A stretch of DNA of 64,000 nt from an uncultured Gammaproteobacteria bacterium (GCA_942491555.1 CALOBN010000006.1:128505-192504); one strand, 5' to 3'; counted from the stretch's first letter, positions 1 through 10,233 are shown. A program made the numbers and translations. The notes: a model not told the origin generated them from the sequence alone.

Positions 1-387
1 CGATAAGTCGATTGATATCAGCGTGCCTGATTGACAGCGGCGGTGACAGAAACCAGGCTGCCGGCTAATGCGCGGCTTATTTATGTGTACTTTACTTGCA
101 AGGCCGTCGCAAATTTTCCAGGTCAGGGATAAGCAGTGTAAGCCCTTGCCAACTGTCTGTTCCACCCATGAGCATGTATTTCATTTCCATAGGGTCGTCG
201 ATGCCATACCTTGAGCTTTTGCGCCCCGGGCCGGATACATTTTCAGCCAAGATCGCCACACCATCTCCGGCTCGGTCCCGCCAGGCGGACTTTGCTATTC
301 GGCCGCTTAAAGATTTATGATCCACGGTGGTTCGGGCATGTTCATGTCCCGGGAACATTGAGCCCACAAACTGGGGGTAATAAGACG

Positions 388-801
388 ATGGGAATGATGA
401 GTGAGTTTAAAGAATTCGCCATGCGCGGCAATGTCGTGGATATGGCGGTAGGCATCGTGATTGGTGCTGCTTTCGGCAAGATTGTGGCGGCTTTCGTTGA
501 TGGTGTGCTTATGCCGCCGCTCGGACTTGCCATTGGTGGTGTGGACTTCAGTAGCCTGGCTGTGACACTCAAGGCGGCGACGGATGGCCATGAGGCAGTG
601 ACGTTGAACTACGGCAGCTTTGTGCAAACCGTGGTGGACTTTACGATTATCGCTTTCGCCATATTCCTTGTCATCAAGGCAATGAATTCCATGAAGAAAA
701 AGGAAGAAAAAGCCCCCGAAAAACCGCCAGAACCTTCAACGGAAGAGAAGCTGCTGACCGAAATCCGTGACCTGTTGAAGCAGCAGCAAAGTTCGTCCTA
801 G
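388..801 (+). CDS. mscL: large-conductance mechanosensitive channel MscL
   Basis: Inner part of ORF 211..801. From ATG 388 the product [33 protein letters not shown]...[10 protein letters not shown] is collinear with E. coli MscL ([28 protein letters not shown]...[10 protein letters not shown]). Start may be 388, 394 or 397. Confidence 0.95.
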   Translation: MGMMSEFKEFAMRGNVVDMAVGIVIGAAFGKIVAAFVDGVLMPPLGLAIGGVDFSSLAVTLKAATDGHEAVTLNYGSFVQTVVDFTIIAFAIFLVIKAMNSMKKKEEKAPEKPPEPSTEEKLLTEIRDLLKQQQSSS

Positions 802-845
802 CCGCCAACGCGCCAGGCCGTACGCCGGAAATTTATCCAGGTGCA

Positions 846-883
846 AAGGGCCGGACACCTTTAACAAAGAGTATCCGGCCCTT
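846..883. terminator. hairpin between convergent mscL and S9 peptidase genes (REP-like, probable bidirectional terminator)
   Basis: AAGGGCCGGA (846-855) pairs perfectly with TCCGGCCCTT (874-883) across an 18-nt loop. It lies between two convergent stop codons. The arm sequence belongs to the GGGCCGGATA repeat family. Confidence 0.6.
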
Positions 884-898
884 GTCTAAGTCCCCGTG

Positions 899-2926
899 CT
901 ATTCCTGCCCAGGCGGATAGCGCTCAAACCAGGCCAGGATATTGTCGACCTTGGCGATCAGCTGGGACGGCCGGGCGGCGATGCCGTGGTAGGCCTCGGG
1001 TACACGAATCAGAACCGTATCCACGCCGCGAATCTGCAGCGCCTGGTAGTACTCTTCTGACTGGCTCATGGGCGTGCGCAGATCCGCCTCACCGGTAAGC
1101 AGGGCCGTGGGGGTCGTGACATTACCGACCAGCGACAGTGGTGAACGGGCCCAATAACCCTCCGGGTCTTCCCAGGGCTGTTTTTCGAACCAGTAGCTTG
1201 AGTAATAGGGTGCCCCGTCGGAGGTCAGCGAGAAACTCGCCCAGTTGATCACCGGCTTGGCCACCACGGCGGCCCGGAAGCGGTCCGTGTTGCCGACAAT
1301 CCAGGCGGTGAGCACGCCGCCGCCGGAGCCGCCGGTCACATACAGCGCTTTCTCATCCACAAAGCCCATGGCGATAACTGCATCCACCCCGGACATGAGG
1401 TCATCGTAATCCTGACCCGGGTAGTTATGATGGATTTCGTTGGCAAAGCCGTAGCCGTAGCTGGTTGAGCCGCGCGGGTTGCTGTAGAGCACCACGTAAC
1501 CGGCGGCGGCAAACAGCTGCGCCTCGGCGGAGAACTGCGGCCCGTAAGCGGCGAAGGGGCCGCCGTGTATCTCCAGGATTAACGGGTATTGCCGGGTCGG
1601 ATCAAAGTCCGGCGGGGTCACGATCCAGCCCTGGATCTCCTGGCCATCGTAAGACGAGGCCCAGTTGACCTCCTGGACGGCGCCCATGGTCCGGTAGCCC
1701 AGCAGATCCTCGTTCAGATCCACAATGCGCTTTGGTGCCGCGTTACCCTTGCCCGTTGCCAGGCCGGCGGGTCGCAGCGGCTGGCCTGCAGTGTAGGCAT
1801 AGGCGCCATTTTGCGATGCGGAAAAGCTCCCGGAGGTGTAGGGCCGTCCCAGGGTCGTGCCGCCAAGATCATCGGCCAGGGTCTTGAGCGTGCCGCCGGT
1901 GGTAAGGCTGGCCAGGTAAGTCTTGCCATGGTCGTCATACTGCACGTAAAGGCGGTTTGAGCTGCCGGCCCACTGCACCTCGTCAACAGATCGGTCAAAG
2001 TCTGCAGTTAGAACCTTGATCGAGCCATCCTCCAGGTCGAGAACCGACACTTCACTGGTCTGGTAACCCATGAGTTTGTCTTCGAAGCCCAGGAAGGCCA
2101 GTTTGCTGCCATCCGGTGACACGGCCGGTGAGTTCTCAGGCCCGTCAATGTCGGTCAGTTTGGTGAGAGCTTTATTGCTTAGCTGCAGTGCCCAGATGGC
2201 ACTCTCTGCCCGGTCAAGCTGCCAGTCCGCATTGCGGTTGGCGGAAAAATAAATTGTCTCGCTGTCCGGGGACCAGGCAATCGGGCCGTTGTGGTTGAAC
2301 GCCCCGGATGTGAGCTGCCGCGGCGTACCGCCCTCAGCGGAAATCACGAATACCTGGGAAAAGCCGGTTTCCAGTTCGCCCTGCCCGTCCGCACGCCATG
2401 TCACCCGGTCGATGACCTTGACCGGCGGTGCCCATTCGGCCCCCTCGGGCGCTTTGGGCGGAGTGACCAGGCTGGCTGGTGTTTCCGGCACCAGCATAGT
2501 GAAGGCGATGCTCTGACCATCCGGTGACCAGCTCATGGAAGCAGGCGCGCGGCGCAGGTTGCTCAGAACGGCGGAATGTCCGTTGTCCATCCAGCGAAGG
2601 TGTATCTGCGCCCCGCGGCCATCAACGCTGGTCACATAGGCCAGCCGTGTGCCGTCCGGGGACCAGCGCGGGCTGCCATAGTTGTCCGGACCGGACAGCA
2701 AGGCCCGGTGATTGCTGCCATCCGCGTCAACGATCCAAAGGTTGGAAACTGCCTGGTCAGTCATGATGTCCATGGCACGTCGCACGTAAACCACCTGCGA
2801 ACCATCCGGAGAAATCTGCGTTTCCGCCACCAGTTCCAGCTCAAAAATATCCGTGTTTACCAACCGCTGGTCAGTGGCCAGAAGCGGAGTGCTGACAAGC
2901 AAAAGCATGAGAATCAATGGTCGCAT
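899..2926 (-). CDS. S9 family serine peptidase (prolyl oligopeptidase/dipeptidyl-peptidase type) with TolB-like propeller, exported
   Basis: ORF 899..3028; likely start ATG 2926 (MRPLILMLLLVSTPLLA signal peptide). Repeated SPDG/WSPDG propeller strands, then a C-terminal hydrolase domain with the GGSGGG nucleophile elbow, GEADLRTP and AYHGI (Ser-Asp-His order of S9). Confidence 0.85.
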   Translation of the reverse strand: MRPLILMLLLVSTPLLATDQRLVNTDIFELELVAETQISPDGSQVVYVRRAMDIMTDQAVSNLWIVDADGSNHRALLSGPDNYGSPRWSPDGTRLAYVTSVDGRGAQIHLRWMDNGHSAVLSNLRRAPASMSWSPDGQSIAFTMLVPETPASLVTPPKAPEGAEWAPPVKVIDRVTWRADGQGELETGFSQVFVISAEGGTPRQLTSGAFNHNGPIAWSPDSETIYFSANRNADWQLDRAESAIWALQLSNKALTKLTDIDGPENSPAVSPDGSKLAFLGFEDKLMGYQTSEVSVLDLEDGSIKVLTADFDRSVDEVQWAGSSNRLYVQYDDHGKTYLASLTTGGTLKTLADDLGGTTLGRPYTSGSFSASQNGAYAYTAGQPLRPAGLATGKGNAAPKRIVDLNEDLLGYRTMGAVQEVNWASSYDGQEIQGWIVTPPDFDPTRQYPLILEIHGGPFAAYGPQFSAEAQLFAAAGYVVLYSNPRGSTSYGYGFANEIHHNYPGQDYDDLMSGVDAVIAMGFVDEKALYVTGGSGGGVLTAWIVGNTDRFRAAVVAKPVINWASFSLTSDGAPYYSSYWFEKQPWEDPEGYWARSPLSLVGNVTTPTALLTGEADLRTPMSQSEEYYQALQIRGVDTVLIRVPEAYHGIAARPSQLIAKVDNILAWFERYPPGQE

Positions 2927-3291
2927 TGCGGTGTCCCTGTAATGAATGGTTTGCCCGACTGCCCGGAAGATGCCGGCAGAATCAGGGCGACAGTCTGCGA
3001 GTAATCCCGTTGGAAAGCAAAGGTGCATGACACCGCTACGGGCGCTGCGCCCGGTTCCGCTCTGAATGAGCGGGGGACTGCGCCAACCCCCAAAAGAAAT
3101 AGGCGGGCCGGATAGATTTTCTAATTGAACCCGATTCCTTTATCCAGTTTGCCATGATCCCGGAGCCGGGCCGATCGGTGCGTCTTTGACTCTGGCCATG
3201 TTGCTCCAAAATAAATGCACACACAATGCATATATGGACGAACTTCGTTGAGTTTAAAATAGAGCGATTAAAGGAGAATGGGTACTATCGA

Positions 3292-5973
3292 ATGGATTCG
3301 TGTCTTCGTCGAAATCGCTCAATATCGCATTTACTGCTGTTCGTATTATTAGCCTGTTTGGCCTCACAGTCCTCAGCAGAGGATTGTTCTGTTTCATCCA
3401 TTGAGCTTGAAACTCAAACGGATGTTGAGCAGTTTCAGTCTGTCTATGGACCCTGCGATCACATCACAGATTCGTTAGAAATAGCTCCCAGCCCGTTTGG
3501 TATGCATGACCACATCATCAACCTGGATGGACTTGCTGGGCTAGTGAGTGTTGGCGGTGCGCTCCGTATTACAGGTAACCCCTTACTTGGAGATTTGACT
3601 GGAATGTCTTCTCTTCGTGAGATTGGGACAACTGGAAACGGCGGGTTGACACTGGATTCCAACCCCCTGCTCGCTGACCTGTCCCCGCTTTCTGGTCTGA
3701 CCAGCATCTCGGGCAGCCTGCGCATTTTGCAGAATAACTCGTTGGTTAACCTTGATGGCTTTCAAGGGCTGTCAACAGTGGACGGTTTGCTTGAGGTTTG
3801 GAACAACCCTGCCCTGGAAAGTCTCGATGGCCTTGAAAACGTAGCGTCGATCGAAGGTAACCTTCGTCTTTCTCAGAATGTTGTTCTACGGAGTCTCGAT
3901 TCTTTTGAAAACCTGGCTTCAGTGGGCGGCTCGATTGAAGTAAAAGACAACAGCGTTTTGGGTGATCTCGACGGCTTGGCCGCTTTGCTTCGCGTAAATG
4001 GTGATCTGATACTTCAGGCCAACGCGTCGTTGGCGAATATTAACGGGCTGTCCAACATCAGCCAGGTAGATGGGGACCTTCGTTTCGCTCAGCTCCCTGC
4101 TTTGTCGGGACTTCAGGCACTGTCGTTACTGCAATCTGTTGATGGCAGTCTGGAAATCAACTCACTCCCTGCCCTGTCAAACCTCAGTGATCTTGCCGCT
4201 TTGGACGAAATTGGTGGTGAACTTCTGGTCAGCTATAACGATGCACTGCGGAGTCTCGACGGACTAAACAGTATTGACAGACTGCGAGCTATGAGCATCT
4301 TCAGCAACAACACGTTAGCCAGTTTGGACGGGCTTGGTAGTTTAACGAGCATCGAGAATGACCTGGTGGTCGGCGGCAACCCCGCACTCAAGGACTTGGT
4401 CGGCCTCGCAGCACTGAGTGAAGTGGGCGGTAACCTTTCTATCGATAACAACCGAATAATAAAAGATTTACAAGGTCTCGAAGTACTCGCTTCGGTCGGT
4501 GGGCTTACGATTATCGACAACCCCGCCCTCGAAAGCCTCTCTGGCTTGGACTCCCTGGAATCTATCACAGGGCGCTTTTGGGTCAATTCGAACCCGTCAT
4601 TGGTAAGCGTAAGTGGCCTGCCCGCGTTCACACGCGTCGGAGAGGTATGGATTGCACAGAATCCGGTTCTGGATCGCATTGAAGGTATGCCTAACCTGAC
4701 GAATCTGGAAGGGTTTCTGAGAATAGAGTCCAATGAAGCGTTAAGCAGTATCGATGCGTTCGATAAGTTAAATCAGATTGAGAGTCTTAGGATTTCCGGC
4801 AACCCCGCACTTTCAGAGATTCCGGGTTTTGCGACACTCACCTCAATTGACCAAGACTTGGTTCTGTCTGGCACAGCCTTGACCGACCTGACCGTCCTGG
4901 GGAATCTCGTTTCCATCGGATCGGGACTGCGAATTTCCGCTAACGCTGAACTGACGTCACTGGAGGGTCTGGATAATTTGACCCAATTAGAGAGCCTTAT
5001 GGTCACAGAGAACCGTTCGCTACTAAACCTGACTGGGATCGACCAAATCGACTTCGTTAGCGAGAGTCTCTCTGTATATGGGAACCCCGCCCTGCTCAAC
5101 ATTGATGGCTTAGGCTCACTGCTTTATGTCGGTGGACGCCTGATCATAGGCGAGAATGACTCGTTAATGAATATTGACGGCTTGGCCTTGCTGACTGATA
5201 TAGAACTGGGTTTAGCGATCGTGAACAACAGTCAATTAGCCAACGTGGACGGACTTTCCGGGGTTGAACGCATTGGCTCAAATCTAGCTGTGAGCGGTAA
5301 CGACGTGCTGGCCGATTTAAACGGCTTTGCTTCTCTCAACAGTCTGACAGGTGATCTGGAGATCACAAGAAACCCGATGCTTGCAGACCTGTCAGGCCTT
5401 GATGGTTTGTCATCAGTTGATGCGCTGGATATCCGGGACAATGAATCGCTGGAAAATCTGGATGGGCTTGCTTCGCTAAGCAGTATTGACTGGAGCCTCA
5501 ACCTCAGGCTCAACCCGCAATTGGCAAACTGCTCTGGCCTTGCCCCTGTGCTCGGTTGGCCGCTCACAATCCACGACGAGACACTGGATTCAGTGGGTGG
5601 TTGGATCTTGTTCGAATCAAACGCGACAGGCGCACAGACACCGGATGACTGCCTTGCTGCCTACGTTCCACACCCTCTCGCAGGTAACGTTACGGGTTTG
5701 ACCAGTGCCGGACTCGTACTACAAGTCAATACTGAAGACCCCATCGTTATTTCGCAAAACGGAGCTTTCGAATTTCCCCAGGGTTTTCTGGTGGGTACGA
5801 GGTACATGGTGAAGGTTTTGTCTCTTCCGCTTGAATCTAACCTGTCGTGTACTGTTTTGAACGGGACAGGCATCATGCCCAGCAGACCGGTAGAAAACAT
5901 CGTTGTCGATTGCCAGACTATCACTCCGAATAATCCGATTTTCATGGATGGATTCGAAGCCGATGACGCGTAA
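3292..5973 (+). CDS. secreted leucine-rich-repeat / receptor-L-domain-like repeat protein
   Basis: ORF 3226..5973; likely start ATG 3292 (MDSCLRRNRSISHLLLFVLLACLASQSSA signal). About 30 consecutive 22-24 aa units of the form L..L..I.G.L.I..N..L..L.GL (e.g. LTSISGSLRILQNNSLVNLDGFQG), then a ~140-aa non-repeat C-terminal domain. AT-rich relative to neighbours. Confidence 0.8.
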   Translation: MDSCLRRNRSISHLLLFVLLACLASQSSAEDCSVSSIELETQTDVEQFQSVYGPCDHITDSLEIAPSPFGMHDHIINLDGLAGLVSVGGALRITGNPLLGDLTGMSSLREIGTTGNGGLTLDSNPLLADLSPLSGLTSISGSLRILQNNSLVNLDGFQGLSTVDGLLEVWNNPALESLDGLENVASIEGNLRLSQNVVLRSLDSFENLASVGGSIEVKDNSVLGDLDGLAALLRVNGDLILQANASLANINGLSNISQVDGDLRFAQLPALSGLQALSLLQSVDGSLEINSLPALSNLSDLAALDEIGGELLVSYNDALRSLDGLNSIDRLRAMSIFSNNTLASLDGLGSLTSIENDLVVGGNPALKDLVGLAALSEVGGNLSIDNNRIIKDLQGLEVLASVGGLTIIDNPALESLSGLDSLESITGRFWVNSNPSLVSVSGLPAFTRVGEVWIAQNPVLDRIEGMPNLTNLEGFLRIESNEALSSIDAFDKLNQIESLRISGNPALSEIPGFATLTSIDQDLVLSGTALTDLTVLGNLVSIGSGLRISANAELTSLEGLDNLTQLESLMVTENRSLLNLTGIDQIDFVSESLSVYGNPALLNIDGLGSLLYVGGRLIIGENDSLMNIDGLALLTDIELGLAIVNNSQLANVDGLSGVERIGSNLAVSGNDVLADLNGFASLNSLTGDLEITRNPMLADLSGLDGLSSVDALDIRDNESLENLDGLASLSSIDWSLNLRLNPQLANCSGLAPVLGWPLTIHDETLDSVGGWILFESNATGAQTPDDCLAAYVPHPLAGNVTGLTSAGLVLQVNTEDPIVISQNGAFEFPQGFLVGTRYMVKVLSLPLESNLSCTVLNGTGIMPSRPVENIVVDCQTITPNNPIFMDGFEADDA

Positions 5974-6108
5974 TCACTAGGCTGACTGTGGCATAGCATG
6001 GCCTGATTTACCTGTCCGTCAAACTCCGCACAACTCAGAGTCAAAAAGGCCGGATGCGCTGCATCGGCGCTCATTCGCTCCTCTAAGTTTCGACTGGAAG
6101 ATTGTAGC

Positions 6109-6258
6109 AAAGGCGCAACTTGCACTCCCGCGCGCCACCATGGGCTTTCATGTTCAATGAGACGATGCGCTTGCCGGAGGCTCAAGGCGAATTTCAGCAT
6201 CTTTTATGTCCCGCGAGTCATGTCACAATGACCGCCTGCCAGGTGGAAGGCGATTTTT
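6109..6258 (+). promoter_or_regulatory. candidate lysine-responsive leader (L-box-like motifs plus terminator-like hairpin) upstream of lysC-lysA fusion
   Basis: The 300-nt leader contains AAAGGCGC (6109-6116), GCCGGAGG (6173-6180) and TGTCAC (6221-6226), in the same order as the conserved AGAGGCGC / CGCCGAGG / TTGTCAC blocks of lysine riboswitches. CGCCT..AGGCG followed by ATTTTT sits about 16 nt before ATG 6274. Not verifiable by eye. Confidence 0.3.
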
Positions 6259-6273
6259 GGGATACGTGCACAC

Positions 6274-8844
6274 ATGACGGGTAATGAAATGAGTTGGGTG
6301 GTTATGAAGTTCGGCGGCACCAGCGTAAGCACGGCGGAGCGCTGGCGCACCATCGCTGCGCGATGCGCACAGGAGCGGGCTGCGGGTCACCAGGTCATGG
6401 TGGTGGTTTCCGCCCTGAGCGGGGTCACCGACCTGCTGTTGCAGCTGGCCGCGGCGCTTCCCGGCGAAGCCCGGGAAACCCTGCTCGCCGGGCTTGATGC
6501 CCGCCATGCCGCCCTGGCGCAGGAACTCGCCGTGGAACCTGGAGCCCACTTCGAGGAAGAGCGCGAGCGTCTGCAGGTGCTGCTCGCACACCCGGACAAA
6601 GCGCTTGAAGGCGAGGCCTGGCTCGCGGAACTGCAGAGCTTTGGAGAGCGCCTGTCCTCGGCCCTCGGCGCACGTATTCTCGCGACCCTGGGGCAACAGC
6701 ATTGTGTGCTTGATTCGGCCATGGATTTGCTCGCCGTGGACCTGGACGCCAGCGCCGGCCCGCTGGCGGCCTATTGCCACGAGGAGGCCGATGAGGCCAT
6801 GGCCGCGCGCCTCGCTGCCGCCAGTCCGCTGCACATTACCCAGGGCTTTGTGGCCCGCGGACCCGAAGGTCGCCCCTGGCTGCTGGGCAGGGGCGGATCG
6901 GATACTTCCGCCGCGCTGCTCGCGGCACGCCTTCAGGCCCGGGAACTACAGATCTGGACCGATGTGCCCGGCGTGTTCAGCGCGGATCCGGGCATCGTGC
7001 CCGGTGCACGTCTGCTGCGGCAGCTGAGCTACAGCGAGGCCCAGGAGTTCGCGGCCATGGGCGCGCGGGTGTTGCATCCGCCGTGTATCGGTCCCCTGCG
7101 CCGGCATGCGATTGCCCTGTCCATCCGGGACACGAACCATCCACAAGCGGAGCATACCGTTGTCGGTCCGCGTTCGGCGCAGACCGAGGGCCTGGTCAAG
7201 GGCGTGATAAGCCGCAGCGGCATCACGATCATTAATATGGAAAGCGTTGCCATGTGGCACCAGCCCGGCTTTCTCGCCGATGCCTTTGGCGTGTTCAAAC
7301 GCCACGGCGTGTCCGTTGACCTGGTGTCCACTTCCGAATCCAGTGTCACCGTCAGCCTCGATCCGCGCCGCCCGGGGCGCGGACCCCAGCGGGGCCTCGA
7401 GGCCTGCCTGGCCGAGCTGTCGACACTGTGCGCGGTCAAGGTAAAAACCGGGCTGGTGGCCATCAGCCTGGTTGGTAACGCGATTCGCACGCTCCTTGGA
7501 CGCCTGTCCGACGCGCTCGATATCTTCGAGGACCGGACCATTCACATGGTTACCCAGTCGGCGAATGATCTGAACTTCACCCTGGTGGTCGACCCCGGGC
7601 AGGCCACGCGCCTGGTGCAGAAGCTACACGCACGACTGATCGCACCAATTGCGGATCACCGCGACGAATTTGGCGCCAGCTGGTCGGAGCTCACCGCACC
7701 CGGCGGTGGCCGGCCACCCGGCTGGTGGGAAGAGCGCGTGGACCAGTTAGAGGATATTGCGGCTGAAGGGCCGGCTTACGTCTACGACCTGGGCACCGTG
7801 CGCGCGGCAGCCCGGCGGCTGTTGGGGCTCAGCTCGGTGGACCGCGTGCTGTATGCGGTCAAGGCCAACCACCACCCGGCCATTCTGCGGGCCCTGTTTG
7901 CCGAGGGCGTGTACTTCGAATGCGTATCCCCGGGAGAAATCGAGCACATCCTCAGGGAAGTGCCCGATGCGACACCGGGGGATCTGCTGTTTACCCCCAA
8001 CTTTGCACCGCGCGGCGAGTATGTTGACGCCCTCGAGCGCGGCGTTCGACTCACCGTGGATAACCTGTATCCGCTGCAGGCCTGGCCCGAGGTCTTTGCA
8101 GGACGTGAGCTGTTCCTGCGCCTGGATCTTGACGCCGGCCACGGCCATCACCGCAAAGTGGTGACATCCGGTGCCGCTTCCAAGTTCGGTATTCCCCTGC
8201 ACCAGCTCGAGACCGTACGCGACATTGCCCGCGCGCAGCGGATCACCATTCGTGGCCTGCATGCGCACACGGGCAGTGGCGTCAGTGAGCCGGAAGTGTG
8301 GAAGCAGCAGCTGGAACGCTTTCTCGGGCTGCTCGGCGATTTCCCGGATGTCAGGGTCATCGACCTGGGCGGTGGGCTGGGTGTGCCGGAACGTCGCGAC
8401 CAGTCGCCTTTCGACCTGGCGGCCCTGGATGCGCTCCTGCAACAGCTGCCGGTACCCGAAGGCGTCGAGATCTGGCTGGAGCCCGGACGTTACCTCGTCT
8501 CGGAAGCCGGGGTGCTGTTGGCGCGGGTCTGTCAGACCAAGTCCAAGGGCGAGCAGGCGTACCTGGGGATCGACATTGGTATGAATTCGCTGATGCGACC
8601 GGCCCTTTACGGGGCCTACCATGACATCGTGAATCTCGGCCGTCGCGGTGAGCCTGCCAACCGGCGCTATACCGTGGTGGGACCCATCTGCGAGACCGGC
8701 GACATCCTCGGCGAGAGCCGGTTTTTACCGGAGAGCCAGGAAGGAGACGTGATACTGATTGCCAATGCCGGTGCCTACGGGCGGGTCATGGCATCCAACT
8801 ACAACCTGCGTGCGCCGGCCCGGGAAGTGATTCTGGAGGACTAG
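6274..8844 (+). CDS. bifunctional aspartate kinase / diaminopimelate decarboxylase (LysC-LysA fusion)
   Basis: The N-terminal half starts MKFGGTSVS (aspartokinase signature). The C-terminal half carries LYAVKANHHPAILRAL (PLP-lysine motif of LysA-type decarboxylases), GGGLGV and GPICETGD. Single uninterrupted 856-codon ORF. Start 6274, 6289 or 6304. Confidence 0.9.
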   Translation: MTGNEMSWVVMKFGGTSVSTAERWRTIAARCAQERAAGHQVMVVVSALSGVTDLLLQLAAALPGEARETLLAGLDARHAALAQELAVEPGAHFEEERERLQVLLAHPDKALEGEAWLAELQSFGERLSSALGARILATLGQQHCVLDSAMDLLAVDLDASAGPLAAYCHEEADEAMAARLAAASPLHITQGFVARGPEGRPWLLGRGGSDTSAALLAARLQARELQIWTDVPGVFSADPGIVPGARLLRQLSYSEAQEFAAMGARVLHPPCIGPLRRHAIALSIRDTNHPQAEHTVVGPRSAQTEGLVKGVISRSGITIINMESVAMWHQPGFLADAFGVFKRHGVSVDLVSTSESSVTVSLDPRRPGRGPQRGLEACLAELSTLCAVKVKTGLVAISLVGNAIRTLLGRLSDALDIFEDRTIHMVTQSANDLNFTLVVDPGQATRLVQKLHARLIAPIADHRDEFGASWSELTAPGGGRPPGWWEERVDQLEDIAAEGPAYVYDLGTVRAAARRLLGLSSVDRVLYAVKANHHPAILRALFAEGVYFECVSPGEIEHILREVPDATPGDLLFTPNFAPRGEYVDALERGVRLTVDNLYPLQAWPEVFAGRELFLRLDLDAGHGHHRKVVTSGAASKFGIPLHQLETVRDIARAQRITIRGLHAHTGSGVSEPEVWKQQLERFLGLLGDFPDVRVIDLGGGLGVPERRDQSPFDLAALDALLQQLPVPEGVEIWLEPGRYLVSEAGVLLARVCQTKSKGEQAYLGIDIGMNSLMRPALYGAYHDIVNLGRRGEPANRRYTVVGPICETGDILGESRFLPESQEGDVILIANAGAYGRVMASNYNLRAPAREVILED

Positions 8845-8908
8845 CGCCTCGAATCCAAACTGGTTGCGGAGTTCGGCAGACCTGTGCGTTGTCAGCGACA
8901 ATAGGCTC

Positions 8909-10204
8909 ATGACATTCATTCCATATCGAATTCTTTCCGGGCTGCTGATTTTTCTGGTTGCAGGCGAACTAATCGCGCACACGTCCACATCAACTTTTGC
9001 CAATAAGGTCATGCTGGACGTGCCCGCGCAGGCCACCAGCATGGCACCGCGGTTGACAGAACTATCCCCGGGGCGAGGCGTCCTGACATGGCTGGAGAAA
9101 AGTGACGCAGGCTACCATTTCCGATATGCGGTGTTCGATGGAACGCATTTTGGAAAACCCGGCACCATTTACGAGGGTGAAGGTTTTTTTGCCAACTGGG
9201 CGGATACACCCGGTCTGACGGTCGCCAGTAACGGCACCTGGCTTGCACACTGGCTGCAACGCTCCGGGGTCGGGAAATACGCTTATGACATCATGGCAGT
9301 TATCAGCAGTGACCAGGGTCAAAGCTGGTCTGCGCCATTCTCACCGCACGACGATCAGACCCCCACGGAACATGGTTTTGTGAGCTACTTTTCGACCAAC
9401 TCAGGTCAGACCGGCATGGTCTGGCTGGATGGCCGGATGACCCGCCCCGATACCGCTGATCACTCCGGCGAAGCGCACCATGCCATGAGCGGCGGGGCAA
9501 TGACCCTGCGGTCCGCGCTGGTCGACAGCAGCGGGCTTATCAGCGAAAGTGCACTGATCGATGCGCGGGTATGCGACTGCTGCAGCACGGCTGCCGGTCT
9601 TACCGATGAAGGCGTGGTGGTTATTTACCGCGACCGCAGCGAGACGGAAATTCGCGATATCAAGCTGGTGCGTAGAACTGCGGCGGGCTGGACCGAGCCG
9701 GTAGCAGTGCACGCGGATGGATGGAAAATCACCGGCTGCCCGGTCAACGGCCCGGCGCTTATTGCCCGCGGGAAGACTGTGATCGTCGCCTGGTTCACCA
9801 TGGCCGAAGATGTGCCGAAGGTGCGCATTGCCCGTTCTGAAGACAGCGGCCGAACCTTCGGGGCGCCTGTAGAACTGGACCCAGGTTCAGCGCTGGGGCG
9901 CGTTGACCTGGCCTGGACCGGCGATGGCTACGCCCTGAGCTGGCTTACCGAGTCTTCAGCAGGGCAAGGCGGCGAGGGCCTGATGCGCCTTGCACTTTTT
10001 GCAGAATCCGGCACGCTGAATTCGACGCTGAATCTGCTCCCTCTCAGCCATGATCGCAGTAGTGGATTCCCCAGGGTGCTGTATCTGGGCGAAGACCGCT
10101 TGCTGCTCACGTGGACCGGTCAGTCGGATGAGACTGGCGAGGCGCAGGTCAAGGCTGCCGTGCTGACGAAACCGGACCCCCAGGTGAAACCGTTACCTCA
10201 ATAA
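8909..10204 (+). CDS. BNR-repeat (sialidase-fold-like) exported protein
   Basis: ORF 8864..10204; likely start ATG 8909 (MTFIPYRILSGLLIFLVAG hydrophobic N-terminus). BNR motifs SSDQGQSWS and SEDSGRTFG. Confidence 0.65.
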   Translation: MTFIPYRILSGLLIFLVAGELIAHTSTSTFANKVMLDVPAQATSMAPRLTELSPGRGVLTWLEKSDAGYHFRYAVFDGTHFGKPGTIYEGEGFFANWADTPGLTVASNGTWLAHWLQRSGVGKYAYDIMAVISSDQGQSWSAPFSPHDDQTPTEHGFVSYFSTNSGQTGMVWLDGRMTRPDTADHSGEAHHAMSGGAMTLRSALVDSSGLISESALIDARVCDCCSTAAGLTDEGVVVIYRDRSETEIRDIKLVRRTAAGWTEPVAVHADGWKITGCPVNGPALIARGKTVIVAWFTMAEDVPKVRIARSEDSGRTFGAPVELDPGSALGRVDLAWTGDGYALSWLTESSAGQGGEGLMRLALFAESGTLNSTLNLLPLSHDRSSGFPRVLYLGEDRLLLTWTGQSDETGEAQVKAAVLTKPDPQVKPLPQ

Positions 10205-10233
10205 GCAGGGTCCGCAATTAAGGACCGGCGGAA

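Noticed and set aside
92-367. 91-aa minus-strand ORF upstream of mscL, and the overlapping plus-strand ORFs
   Set aside because: No recognisable motif, signal or RBS. It overlaps the mscL leader and contains a copy of the GGGCCGGATAC repeat. In a high-GC genome, ORFs of this size arise by chance.
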